Shown: positions 25,960-34,486 of the stretch, piece by piece
Position numbering within the stretch: the first letter of the stretch is position 1
How the letters are laid out: every line of letters begins with the position of its first letter
Assembly: GCA_033764015.1 (NCBI GenBank)
Contig: JANRJK010000044.1
Location: forward strand, 1-38,695
DNA from: Candidatus Sumerlaeia bacterium
GTDB taxonomy: Bacteria; Sumerlaeota; Sumerlaeia; SLMS01; JANRJK01
Length of the DNA: 38,695 nucleotides
Reading direction: 5' to 3'
The notes under the pieces: model-generated
What the model saw: only the letters and a program-made list of their open reading frames with translations
Database searches by the model: none
What the model was told of the DNA's origin: nothing
Program-made: the position numbers and the translations under genes

Positions 25960-27443
25960 TCGAACCTTGGCGCAAGGACCTGAAGGGGCGCCGCGCGGTG
26001 GTGGTCGGCGCGGGCCTGGGCGGGCTGTGCGCGGCCGCGTCGCTGGCGCTGCGCGGCGCGCGCGTCACGGTGTTCGAGGCGGCGGCGGAACCGGGCGGTC
26101 GCCTCGCGGGGGCGCTCGGCCCCGGCCCGGCGCACCTCTCCTGGCCCCGCGTCCTCACGCGCCTCTGGAGCCACGCGGACCTGCGCTTCTCCGACTTCGT
26201 CCAGCTCCGCCGCGTCGATCCGCCGCTGAGCGCGATGGCGGGCGGCGAGAAGACGCTCGAGCTCTGGAGCGACCCGGAGCGGTTCCGCGCCTCACTGGCT
26301 GCGCTGGACGAGGCGGACGCCGCCGCGGCGCCGCTCTTCGCGCGGCGCGTGGACGCGATCGGCCGCCGGGCGGATCGCGCCGCGTCGGTGCCGCGCCGCG
26401 GCCTCCCCGCCCGGAGCCCGCGGGGGCCCTTCGCCCGCAAGGGCTCCGCCGCCCGCCTGATCGACCAGTCGTTCCGCCACCCCGCCGCCCGCCGAGCGCT
26501 GCGGCACCTGCTCCTGGCGCAGGGTCTGCACCCCGAATCCGCGCCGCGCGAGCGCCTCGAACTGCTGGCCGCCTGGTGGCGCCACGGGGCCTGGTTTCCG
26601 GAGGGCGGCTGGCCCGCGCTGCTCGCTGCGGTGCTCCGCCTCGCGGAGTTCACCGGCGTGCGGATCGAAACTCGCTGCCGCGCCGCCGCGATCGTCGTGC
26701 GCGGCGGCAAGGTGCGGTCCGTGCGCGCCGCCGATGGCGCCGAGGCCGTGTGCGACCTGGTCGTGGCGAACGCTCACCCGCTCGCGGCGGGCGCGCTGCT
26801 CGAGTTCGACGATCCCGCCGGCGCGCCGCGCCCGCCCAAGCTGCCGCCCTACCAGCCCGGCCCCTCGGCGACCACGGTGCTGCTCAAGGTGCCCGCGCGC
26901 CTCGCCGCGCTCCGCGTGCTGACGCTGGTGCCGTCGCGCCTCGCCCCGGAGGAGGAGACGCGGCAGGTGTTCCATTGGCGCACGCCGCCGTCCAACCCGA
27001 CCGTTGAGATTGTCAACCATTCGCGGATCGGCCTCGCGGAGGATGCTCCGCCGCCGGAGCACGCGTGGCTCGCGGTGCGCTTCGCCTCACCCGCGATGTC
27101 GGCGCGCTTCCGCTGGGACGCGGACGCCGCGGAAGCGGAGCAGGAGCGGCTGCTCGCGGCGTGGCGCAAGGGGCCGCTGAAGCCGTTCGTCGAGGCGGCG
27201 GTCGAGGTGCGGACCATCGCGCCCCCCGCCTGGGCCGACGCGTTCTCGCTGCCCGGCGGCGCGCTGTGGGGCGTCGGCGGCCCGGGCCACGAGCCCGCCG
27301 CGGGACGCTTCCCCAACGCGTGGCCCGGCCTCGTGGGCCTCTACCTAGCCGGCGCCGCCTGCCACCCCGGCCCCGACCCCGCCCAAGTGGTCCAATCCGG
27401 CATCCTCGCCGCGGAGCTGGCGGCGGAGGATCTGGGGGGGTAG
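25956..27443 (+). CDS. Phytoene desaturase (CrtI)-like FAD-dependent oxidoreductase, divergent (495 aa)
   Basis: VVGAGLGGL...VFE...PGGR, WFPEGG and GLYLAG-x3-HPG...SG; GTGA overlap with rluD. Confidence 0.75.
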   Translation: MIEPWRKDLKGRRAVVVGAGLGGLCAAASLALRGARVTVFEAAAEPGGRLAGALGPGPAHLSWPRVLTRLWSHADLRFSDFVQLRRVDPPLSAMAGGEKTLELWSDPERFRASLAALDEADAAAAPLFARRVDAIGRRADRAASVPRRGLPARSPRGPFARKGSAARLIDQSFRHPAARRALRHLLLAQGLHPESAPRERLELLAAWWRHGAWFPEGGWPALLAAVLRLAEFTGVRIETRCRAAAIVVRGGKVRSVRAADGAEAVCDLVVANAHPLAAGALLEFDDPAGAPRPPKLPPYQPGPSATTVLLKVPARLAALRVLTLVPSRLAPEEETRQVFHWRTPPSNPTVEIVNHSRIGLAEDAPPPEHAWLAVRFASPAMSARFRWDADAAEAEQERLLAAWRKGPLKPFVEAAVEVRTIAPPAWADAFSLPGGALWGVGGPGHEPAAGRFPNAWPGLVGLYLAGAACHPGPDPAQVVQSGILAAELAAEDLGG

Positions 27444-27494
27444 CGGGGGCATCTAGATGCCAGCCCCGGTCGGCGCCCCCCGCGCGGCGCCACA

Positions 27495-27851
27495 TTGTGC
27501 CGATGCCCGACCGCCGCCAATCGCCGCCCGAACCTGGACGAGCCGATCCAGAAATCCGCCCCGTCCCTCGGCGACCCCGGCAAGACGCGCGTCTACAGGG
27601 TCACCAAGTCCTACGCGACACAGTCCGACGCCAGCGGCTAGGTGTCCTGCCCCGTCTGCGGCTCGGACGACGTGTACGGCCGCAAGTGCAACCACTGCGG
27701 GCATATGTTGGAGGGGCGGGGGTTAGCGCCCCGCCCGATTTCGCGGGAGCCCAGCTACCACACGCCCCCCGTCCGACACAGCGAGGCGGACGGGCGGCTT
27801 AGTGGACTTCGACGGGGGCTTACTTCTTCACCCCTTCGGAGATTGCCTTGA
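27495..27851 (+). pseudogene. Small Zn-ribbon ORF interrupted by an in-frame TAG at 27639-27641
   Basis: One frame reads NLDEPIQKSAPSLGDPGKTRVYRVTKSYATQSDASG*VSCPVCGSDDVYGRKCNHCGHM with GC3-rich codons on both sides of the stop. Confidence 0.5.
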
Positions 27852-28833
27852 GGATGTCGTCTTTTTCGATGGCATTGTTTACCCGTTCGACGATGTTCTT
27901 TGTGTTCGAGGTGTCCCTTTCATGCACGACGACTCGTACTGTTGTCCCCCAGTCCTCGTCGGGCACCAGAATCCAATCTGACATTGTGAAGGGCATTTTG
28001 ACCTCATCTGGCTTGTTCTCGCCCGGCCTTAGTCGCATGGTGCGGTTCTTCCCGATGTGGTACCCTCCAAACTTCTGTTCGAACGAGCCAAGCAAGACTT
28101 GACGCGCTGTCCGCTCCTTGTAAGTTGTCGTGACCGTCGAGTTGCCGCTAACGACTTTCTCTTCCTTTCCCGTTTCGCGGACGGTCATCCCCTGAAACTC
28201 AAGTGCTATTGTGGTCTCGATCTCATTCTCTGCTTCGAGAGCAAGACCGTATAGGAACGGGATTTGAGTAAGCCAGTTTGCGTCATTGTTCAAGTCAAGA
28301 ACTTTCGCGCGCGACTTACTGGTTTTATAGTAGATCGGAATCATATAGAATGCGGGCTTTCCCGTCTTCGGCACGATCGCAACCGCGTACCGAAACGCAT
28401 CAAGTTCCTTCCCTCCTTCGGTGACGGTTCGCTTCACCTCGACTACACCGGGGTAGATTGTCATTCCTGTTCCTGCTTTCTCGGTAAAATCCACAAGACC
28501 CACTCTCTGAGAGAATGAGGACTCGTACTTGGAACTCTCTTCGGAAAGCTGCCCCTTCGTCCAGTCAACTAGCAGCTCGGCCCCCTTTGCCAAGGCCGCA
28601 AGGGCAACGGCCTCAGCGGCGATTTGGGCTTGACCAGAATCTACCGCCGCAGTGAAGTCAGCTTGGAGATCCGTAACTTCCCCCTCCAGTTTTCCGTCCG
28701 TTGCTCGGTAGTAGCGGACCGATACCACCTCACCTTGTGTCACCATCGAATTTGGGTGGCGAGGCAGGAGGGTGCTACATCCTGACCCTGCTGCGACAAC
28801 TGCTAATGGCACAAGAATCATACTGGTCTTCAT
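27820..28833 (-). CDS. Hypothetical lipoprotein (337 aa)
   Basis: AAGGAG 9 nt before ATG 28833; MKTSMILVPLAVVAAGSGC lipobox; long open frame in low-GC DNA. Confidence 0.8.
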   Translation of the reverse strand: MKTSMILVPLAVVAAGSGCSTLLPRHPNSMVTQGEVVSVRYYRATDGKLEGEVTDLQADFTAAVDSGQAQIAAEAVALAALAKGAELLVDWTKGQLSEESSKYESSFSQRVGLVDFTEKAGTGMTIYPGVVEVKRTVTEGGKELDAFRYAVAIVPKTGKPAFYMIPIYYKTSKSRAKVLDLNNDANWLTQIPFLYGLALEAENEIETTIALEFQGMTVRETGKEEKVVSGNSTVTTTYKERTARQVLLGSFEQKFGGYHIGKNRTMRLRPGENKPDEVKMPFTMSDWILVPDEDWGTTVRVVVHERDTSNTKNIVERVNNAIEKDDILKAISEGVKK

Positions 28834-28891
28834 AGAGGCCAACTCCTTGGGGTTTTTCCCGCTGGGGGATTTATCTTAGTATACCCATTTC

Positions 28892-29950
28892 TTAGAGAAG
28901 TCGCAAGGACAACCTGAGTAATGCGCCAGAAATGATGCTAGGATTCCCAACAACGGTGAACTCACCAAGGGGTGCTGCTAGGACAACCTCGCCCTCTCCA
29001 CTATTCTTCCCTCTCCCGACGTGAACCCCCAGACAATGCGGCGAAGGGGAACTTGCCGTCCCGACCCGCCAACCGGCACCAGAGTCGCCGGGAAGGCCTA
29101 TAGGGCCATGAGAAAGAACCGGGTCATGCTTGACAAGGTGCGCATAGATTAGCGTTGATTGCCTGTACCCCACCTCGTTACGTATCCGGTACTCCCCAGC
29201 GACCCCGAATGCGAGTCCTTGTGAGTATGGTATGGCTGCACCGACTTTGCTGCAAGCGAACCCTCCGTTCGAGTAACCTATAGGTGCCGGTGTACTACCT
29301 TGGAAGTTCACTTGGACAGGCGTAGTTTGCTTCAGTTCGACGTAGGCGACGTCCAGCTCGGAGCACACCTTGTTCACCTGACCAATCACGTTGGCACTTC
29401 CAGGAGGACATACCACTTGAGCCGGCTGTTCGTAAGCTAACCTCATCACATGATTTGCCGTCAGAAAACCTCTAGCCCCGCTCGTCTCATCAACAACGAA
29501 GGGGCCCACAGACCCGAATATGTTGGCTCCAAATCCCAAGATGCCAATCGGACTACCTTCTCGCAGGCCTTCAACTGTTAGGCCTGCGATTCCGGGAAAT
29601 GCGGCCAAGCCCGATGGTGCATCAAAGCGATAGTCTGCTTGCAAAACATCCGTCTTGAGCAGGGAAGGCTCTCCGACGGCATCCGGCAGAGCTGCCATTA
29701 TCACATGCTTCGGCAGCATTTCTGAAGATATTAGCCGTGACCTTGGGCGCTTTGTATAAACATGAAATCGAAGCACTCGCTCTTGAGTACACTCACCATC
29801 CGTGTACTTTGGTCCGAGGTCCCACCCGCAAACGTCGGGGCGATCAAGTACAAGGCTCAATACTTTCTCTAAAGGGTCATGGACTCCTGCTTTCGCACGC
29901 CTCGCCTTGTCGGAGAGTGTTAAAGCTGATTTCTTGCCAGGTGGCGTCAT
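28892..29950 (-). CDS. Trypsin-like (clan PA) serine protease with N-terminal accessory domain, Nal1-like (352 aa)
   Basis: Catalytic triad motifs LTANHV, ELDVA and PGDSGA; N-terminal G-x-K...RFHV-x2-K...LP...KTDV pattern; no signal peptide. Confidence 0.8.
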   Translation of the reverse strand: MTPPGKKSALTLSDKARRAKAGVHDPLEKVLSLVLDRPDVCGWDLGPKYTDGECTQERVLRFHVYTKRPRSRLISSEMLPKHVIMAALPDAVGEPSLLKTDVLQADYRFDAPSGLAAFPGIAGLTVEGLREGSPIGILGFGANIFGSVGPFVVDETSGARGFLTANHVMRLAYEQPAQVVCPPGSANVIGQVNKVCSELDVAYVELKQTTPVQVNFQGSTPAPIGYSNGGFACSKVGAAIPYSQGLAFGVAGEYRIRNEVGYRQSTLIYAHLVKHDPVLSHGPIGLPGDSGAGWRVGTASSPSPHCLGVHVGRGKNSGEGEVVLAAPLGEFTVVGNPSIISGALLRLSLRLL

Positions 29951-30197
29951 AGATCTACTCTAAGTCCTATCCAGCCTTCCCTACCCTTCGCCCGGCTGGG
30001 CGTCGTGTGGGGGCTGTTGACTGTTCCAGCTATATCCTACAGCGAGCGATAAGCGACCATCCGCGCGGAAAAGTCAAGGGCGAAAAGCGCAATCCGCGAA
30101 TTATTCGCAAAAACATCTTAGATCGCTGAAATCATTGGCGATACGGCGTGTCGAAACAGGCCCTCGCAGGGCACCAACCGCCTGCGCCGGAGGGCCC

Positions 30198-31343
30198 TTA
30201 CCCCCCCAGCGCGGCGAGCACGTCGGCGATGAGGTCTTCGGCGTCTTCGATGCCGCAGCTTAGGCGCACGAGGCCGTCCGTGATGCCGCGCGATTCCCTG
30301 ATTTCCTTGGGGATGCTGGCGTGTGTCATGGTGACCGGGTGGCAGCAGAGGCTTTCGACGCCGCCGAGCGATTCCGCCGGGGCGAAGACGCGGAGGCGCC
30401 GGCAGAAGCGGTCCGCCGCGTCGAAGCCGCCGCGAAGCGTGAGCGTCACCATGCCGCCGAAGTCGTCCATCTGCTCCGACGCCAGCGCGTGAGACCGGTG
30501 GTCCTCGAGGCCGGGGTAGAGCAGGCGTTCAAGGCCCGGGTGGCCGACAAGCGATTCGGCGACGGCGCGGGCGTTCGAGCAGTGTTGCCGCATGCGGACG
30601 GCGAGCGTCTTCACGCCGCGGTGGGTGAGGTAGCAATCGAGCGGGCCCGGGACGGCGCCCATGGCGTTCTGGAGGAACTTGACTGGTTCAAGCAATTCCC
30701 GGGTGCGCGCGACGACGGCGCCGCCCACCACGTCGGAGTGCCCGCCGAGGTACTTCGTCGTGCTGTGCAGCACGTAGTCGGCGCCGAGCGCGATGGGGCG
30801 CTGCAGGTACGGCGTGGCGAAGGTGTTGTCCACCACGAGGCGCGCGCCGGCGGCCTTCGCCACGGAGGAGACCGCGATGATGTCGGTGAGGTCGAGGAGC
30901 GGGTTCGACGGCGTCTCGACCCAGACGAGCCTGGGTCGCGCGAGGGAACGCGCGGCGGCTTCGAAGTCGGCGGCGGAGGGGCTCTTGGCGTAGGCGATCT
31001 CGAGGCCCCAGCGGCGGTAGACGCGCTCGAGCAGGCGCACCGTGCCGCCGTAGAGGTCGTGGCCCGCGACGACGCCGTCGCCCGGCGAGAGCGTTTGGAG
31101 GATCGCCGTTTCCGCGGCGAGGCCGGAGGCGAAGCACGCGCACGCTTCGCCGCCTTCGAGCGCGGCGAGGACCGCTTCGAGGTTCTCGCGCGTGGGGTTC
31201 TGCGTGCGGGAGTACTCGTAGCCCTTGTGCTCGCCCGGCGCGGCCTGCGTGTACGTCGTCGAGAACGACACCGGCGGGATCGTGGCGCCGGTGGCGGGGT
31301 CGGGCTTCTGGCCGGTGTGGACCGCCTTGGTGGCGAAGCGCAT
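30198..31343 (-). CDS. Cystathionine gamma-lyase/synthase family PLP enzyme (381 aa)
   Basis: YSRTQNPTR, ETPSNP, DNTFATP, HSTTKYLGGHSD and AESLGGVESL; start ATG 31343. Confidence 0.95.
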   Translation of the reverse strand: MRFATKAVHTGQKPDPATGATIPPVSFSTTYTQAAPGEHKGYEYSRTQNPTRENLEAVLAALEGGEACACFASGLAAETAILQTLSPGDGVVAGHDLYGGTVRLLERVYRRWGLEIAYAKSPSAADFEAAARSLARPRLVWVETPSNPLLDLTDIIAVSSVAKAAGARLVVDNTFATPYLQRPIALGADYVLHSTTKYLGGHSDVVGGAVVARTRELLEPVKFLQNAMGAVPGPLDCYLTHRGVKTLAVRMRQHCSNARAVAESLVGHPGLERLLYPGLEDHRSHALASEQMDDFGGMVTLTLRGGFDAADRFCRRLRVFAPAESLGGVESLCCHPVTMTHASIPKEIRESRGITDGLVRLSCGIEDAEDLIADVLAALGG

Positions 31344-31351
31344 GGTGTCGG

Positions 31352-32758
31352 TTACTCCGTGGCGGCTTTGCGCGGGAAGCGTTCGTAGAAGTTCATCAGG
31401 TCGGTGCGCGTGAGGATGCCGGCGACCTGGCCGTTGCGGGTGGAGACCACTGCGGGGTGGCCGGCCATGAGGAGGCGGTACGCCTCTTCGAGGACCGTCG
31501 CCGCGTCGAGCGCGGGGAGTGGCCTCGCCATGATTTCTCGCAGGCGGAGGCCGTGCTTCACCGCGCCGGTGTGGAGCGCGCGCAGCAGCGTGACCTCTTC
31601 GACGGCGCCGACCATGCGTCCGTTCTCGACTACGGGCACCTGCGAGATGCCGTGCTCGCGGAGCGCCCGCATGGCGTGATCGACCGTGTCGTCGGGGGTG
31701 AAGTAGATGATCGAGCCTTCGCGGTCGAGCACGCGGAGCACATCTTCGAGCGTGGTCTTCTCGGGCGCCTGCTCGGTGTAGCCGTTCTCGGCCATCCAGC
31801 GGTCGTCGTACATCTTGCTCAGGTAGTTGCGGCCGGTGTCGGGCGCGAGGACGACGATCACATCGTCGGGCGTGCAGCGGCGTGCGTACTTGAGCGCGGC
31901 GGCGAGGCCGGTGCCGCAGGAGCCGCCGAGGAGGAGTCCGTCGAGGCGGGCCACGCGGCGCGCGGTGGTGAAGGACTCCGCGTCGGTCACGCGGATCCAC
32001 TCGTCGATCACGTGGGCGTTGAGCGTCTTGGGCACGAAGTCCTCGCCGATGCCCTCGACCTTCCAGGGCTTGGGCGAGTCGCCGGAGAGGACGGAGCCTT
32101 CGATGTCGGCGCCGACGATGCGGATCGCGGGGTTGCGCTCCTTGAGGTACTTGCCGACGCCGCTGAGGGAGCCGCCGGTGCCGGCGCCGCCGACGAACGC
32201 GGTGATGCGGCCCTCGGTCTGCTCCCAGATTTCCGGGCCCGTCGAAGTGTAGTGCGCGTCGGGGTTGGCCATGTTGCCGAACTGGTTGGGGCGCCAGGCG
32301 CCGGCGATCTCGCGGGCGAGCCGGTCGGCAACGCCGTTGTAGCTCTCGGGCGAATCGGGGGGCACCGTGGTCGGCGTGACGACCACCTCGGCGCCGTAGG
32401 CGCGCAGCAGGCGCATCTTGTCGGCGCTCATCTTGTCGGGCATCACGCAGATGCAGCGGTAGCCGCGCACCGCCGCGACCAGGGCGAGGCCGGTGCCGGT
32501 GTTGCCGGCGGTCGCTTCGATGATCGTGCCGCCGGGGCGCAGCAGGCCCGCGCGCTCGGCCGCCTCGACCATGCGGACGGCGATGCGGTCCTTGGTGCTG
32601 CCGCCGGGATTCATGTACTCGACCTTGACGAGGATCTCCGGCGCGAGCCCCTCGACCGAGCGGTGCAGCCGGACCAGCGGCGTCCAGCCGATCGCCTCCA
32701 ACACGTTATCGAGGGTCTTCATGCGGTTCGCGGGAAGCGGCGCGGTGTCGATGATCAT
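31352..32758 (-). CDS. Cystathionine beta-synthase with C-terminal CBS domains
   Basis: NPGGSTKDR, EATAGNTG, GAGTGG, VEGIG, PDTGRNYLSK, then a CBS pair (ISQVPV, GILTRTD); alternative start ATG 32722. Confidence 0.93.
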   Translation of the reverse strand: MIIDTAPLPANRMKTLDNVLEAIGWTPLVRLHRSVEGLAPEILVKVEYMNPGGSTKDRIAVRMVEAAERAGLLRPGGTIIEATAGNTGTGLALVAAVRGYRCICVMPDKMSADKMRLLRAYGAEVVVTPTTVPPDSPESYNGVADRLAREIAGAWRPNQFGNMANPDAHYTSTGPEIWEQTEGRITAFVGGAGTGGSLSGVGKYLKERNPAIRIVGADIEGSVLSGDSPKPWKVEGIGEDFVPKTLNAHVIDEWIRVTDAESFTTARRVARLDGLLLGGSCGTGLAAALKYARRCTPDDVIVVLAPDTGRNYLSKMYDDRWMAENGYTEQAPEKTTLEDVLRVLDREGSIIYFTPDDTVDHAMRALREHGISQVPVVENGRMVGAVEEVTLLRALHTGAVKHGLRLREIMARPLPALDAATVLEEAYRLLMAGHPAVVSTRNGQVAGILTRTDLMNFYERFPRKAATE

Positions 32759-32869
32759 GGGGCTGGCCTGCGGGTGGGGGTGTTGGCACGGAAGGCGCGC
32801 CAGCGTTCCGCACCTTGCCCCTTCATCACGGAGGGGTCAAACGGGACCGCCCCCCAGGAGGACGCCAAG

Positions 32870-33238
32870 ATGGAACAGGACCGCGTGCTGGTGGTGTACG
32901 ACGGCGAGTGCGGCTTCTGCCGCGCGAACGTGGCGCTGCTGCGTTCGCTGCCGGGGGCGGACCGGCTCGAGTTCCTCGCGTCGCAATCGGGGGAGGCGCA
33001 GCGCCGCCACCCGCGGGCGGACTGGTCGCGGCTCGGCGAGGCGATCCACGCGGTGCGGCGCGACGGCGCGGTGTTCGCCGGGCCGATGGCGATCGCGGCG
33101 GTGCTGGACGAGCTCGGCCCCGCGGCGCGCGCCGCGGCCCGGCTGCTGCGCTGGGAGCCCGCCAAGCCGCTCGCCGAGGGCGCCTACCGGGTGGTCGCGG
33201 AGAACCGGCACCGGCTGCCGGGTGCGAAGAAGGACTGA
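32870..33238 (+). CDS. DCC1-like thiol-disulfide oxidoreductase (DUF393) (122 aa)
   Basis: VVYDGECGFC and YRVVAENR; AGGAGG RBS. Confidence 0.88.
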   Translation: MEQDRVLVVYDGECGFCRANVALLRSLPGADRLEFLASQSGEAQRRHPRADWSRLGEAIHAVRRDGAVFAGPMAIAAVLDELGPAARAAARLLRWEPAKPLAEGAYRVVAENRHRLPGAKKD

Positions 33239-33244
33239 GCGGCG

Positions 33245-34486
33245 CTAGGCGCCCAGCCGCCGCGGCGAAAACACGCCCGCGTCCGCGCCGTCCAGCAGGT
33301 GCGCGGCGACGGCGACGGCCACCTCTCGGTGCAGGCCGAGGCCGTAGTCGCTAAGGCCCAAGGAAAAGTGGACGCGCCCGAAGGTGTCGGGCAGCGCGCC
33401 CAGCACCGATAGGCGGTCCGGCGTCATGCCCATGATCCCCTGCCAGCGGTGCTCGACCTCGAACGCGCGCCCGTCGAGCAGGCGCGGGAGCAGTTCGCCC
33501 TCGAGGTAGGCGAGCGGCGCGGCGCATGGAGCCAGCTCGTGTGTCGATTCGTCGGCGGGGGCCTTGTCGCGCCCGCCGCCGAGGACCACGCGCCCGTCGG
33601 GCAATTGGCGCCAGTAGTCCCAGCCGTCGCGCGCGTAGAAGATCGCGTCGCCGAACAGGCGGTTGTCCGATTCGCCTTCGGGGCGCGCGAGGAGCACCTG
33701 GTTGCGCGCGGGCTGGATGCGCGCCAGCAAGCCGAGGCGCTGGAAGAAGCGCGGCGTGAAGCTCTCCGTGCAGACGACGAGGTGCTCCGCTTCGAGCTGT
33801 CCGGCGGAGGTGTCGATGCGGACGCCTTCCGAAGTTGCGGAGAAGCCCTCCGGCTGCACGTAGGCGCCCTGCGCGATGCGCGCTCCGGAGCGCTGCGCGA
33901 GGCGCGCCACGTAGAGCACCGGATGGATGCCGAAGTCGCCGGGCTCGTGGAACGCCCCGTGGAAGCCTCCGGGGAACGGGAAGCGGTCGAGCCAGCGCCC
34001 GTCGTCGAAGCCCGCTTGCTTGACTAAGTCAAGCGCCTCGCGCATGGCGTCGTGCTCCGCGGGCGATGCGGCGGCGTTGTAGCTGCCGCCGTGCTGCGCG
34101 GGGATGCCCTCGCGCGTGGCGAAGCCGCGCACCCACTCGCGGTTGCGGCGCGTGCGGCGGACCAGTTCGAGGGCGCCTTCGAGGCCGAGGCTCGCGCGCC
34201 ACTCGAGCAGCTCCGTGCCGGGGAAGCTGAGCACGAAGCCGGCGTTGCGCCCGGACGCGCCGAAGGCGGCGGGCGCGCCGTCGAGCACGGCGATGTCGCG
34301 CGCGGGGACTCCGCGCTCCGCGAGGGCGTAGGCCACCGACGCGCCCATGAGGCCCAGGCCCGCGATGGCGAAGCGCGCCCGCGCGGGGAGCGGCTCCGCG
34401 GCGGGGAACGCCTCCGGCGGCGCGGCGCGGTGCCAGTGGCTCCGGACGCGGAGCAGGTCGGAGAACTCGCGCGCGGCGCCGGTCAT
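33245..34486 (-). CDS. FAD-dependent oxidoreductase, DAO/PuuB-like family (413 aa)
   Basis: IAGLGLMG, GASGRNAGF, YWRQLPDGRVVLGG and WQGIMGMTPD; ATGA overlap with the symporter stop. Confidence 0.88.
   Translation of the reverse strand: MTGAAREFSDLLRVRSHWHRAAPPEAFPAAEPLPARARFAIAGLGLMGASVAYALAERGVPARDIAVLDGAPAAFGASGRNAGFVLSFPGTELLEWRASLGLEGALELVRRTRRNREWVRGFATREGIPAQHGGSYNAAASPAEHDAMREALDLVKQAGFDDGRWLDRFPFPGGFHGAFHEPGDFGIHPVLYVARLAQRSGARIAQGAYVQPEGFSATSEGVRIDTSAGQLEAEHLVVCTESFTPRFFQRLGLLARIQPARNQVLLARPEGESDNRLFGDAIFYARDGWDYWRQLPDGRVVLGGGRDKAPADESTHELAPCAAPLAYLEGELLPRLLDGRAFEVEHRWQGIMGMTPDRLSVLGALPDTFGRVHFSLGLSDYGLGLHREVAVAVAAHLLDGADAGVFSPRRLGA

Larger units (their letters stand above)
27800..30150. 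other. Low-GC horizontally acquired island, approximate edges
   Basis: GC falls to roughly 50-55% by eye against about 70% in the flanks, with many A/T-ending codons; no integrase seen. Confidence 0.8.

Noticed and set aside
27639..27641. Amber recoding (pyrrolysine or alternative genetic code)
   Set aside because: TAG is the normal stop of several genes here (e.g. 6709, 8804, 14469) and no pyl genes are seen.
30096..30108. Palindrome GCGAA-TTA-TTCGC at the island's right edge as an operator or element end
   Set aside because: A single short instance with no matching partner found at the left edge.
30198..32758. CBS plus cystathionine gamma-lyase pair as a novelty
   Set aside because: A well-known reverse transsulfuration gene pair.
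32784..32798. Sigma-54 promoter TGGCACG-N4-GCGC upstream of the DCC1-like gene
   Set aside because: GG-N10-GC spacing fits but the TT of the -12 box is missing; too weak in high-GC DNA.
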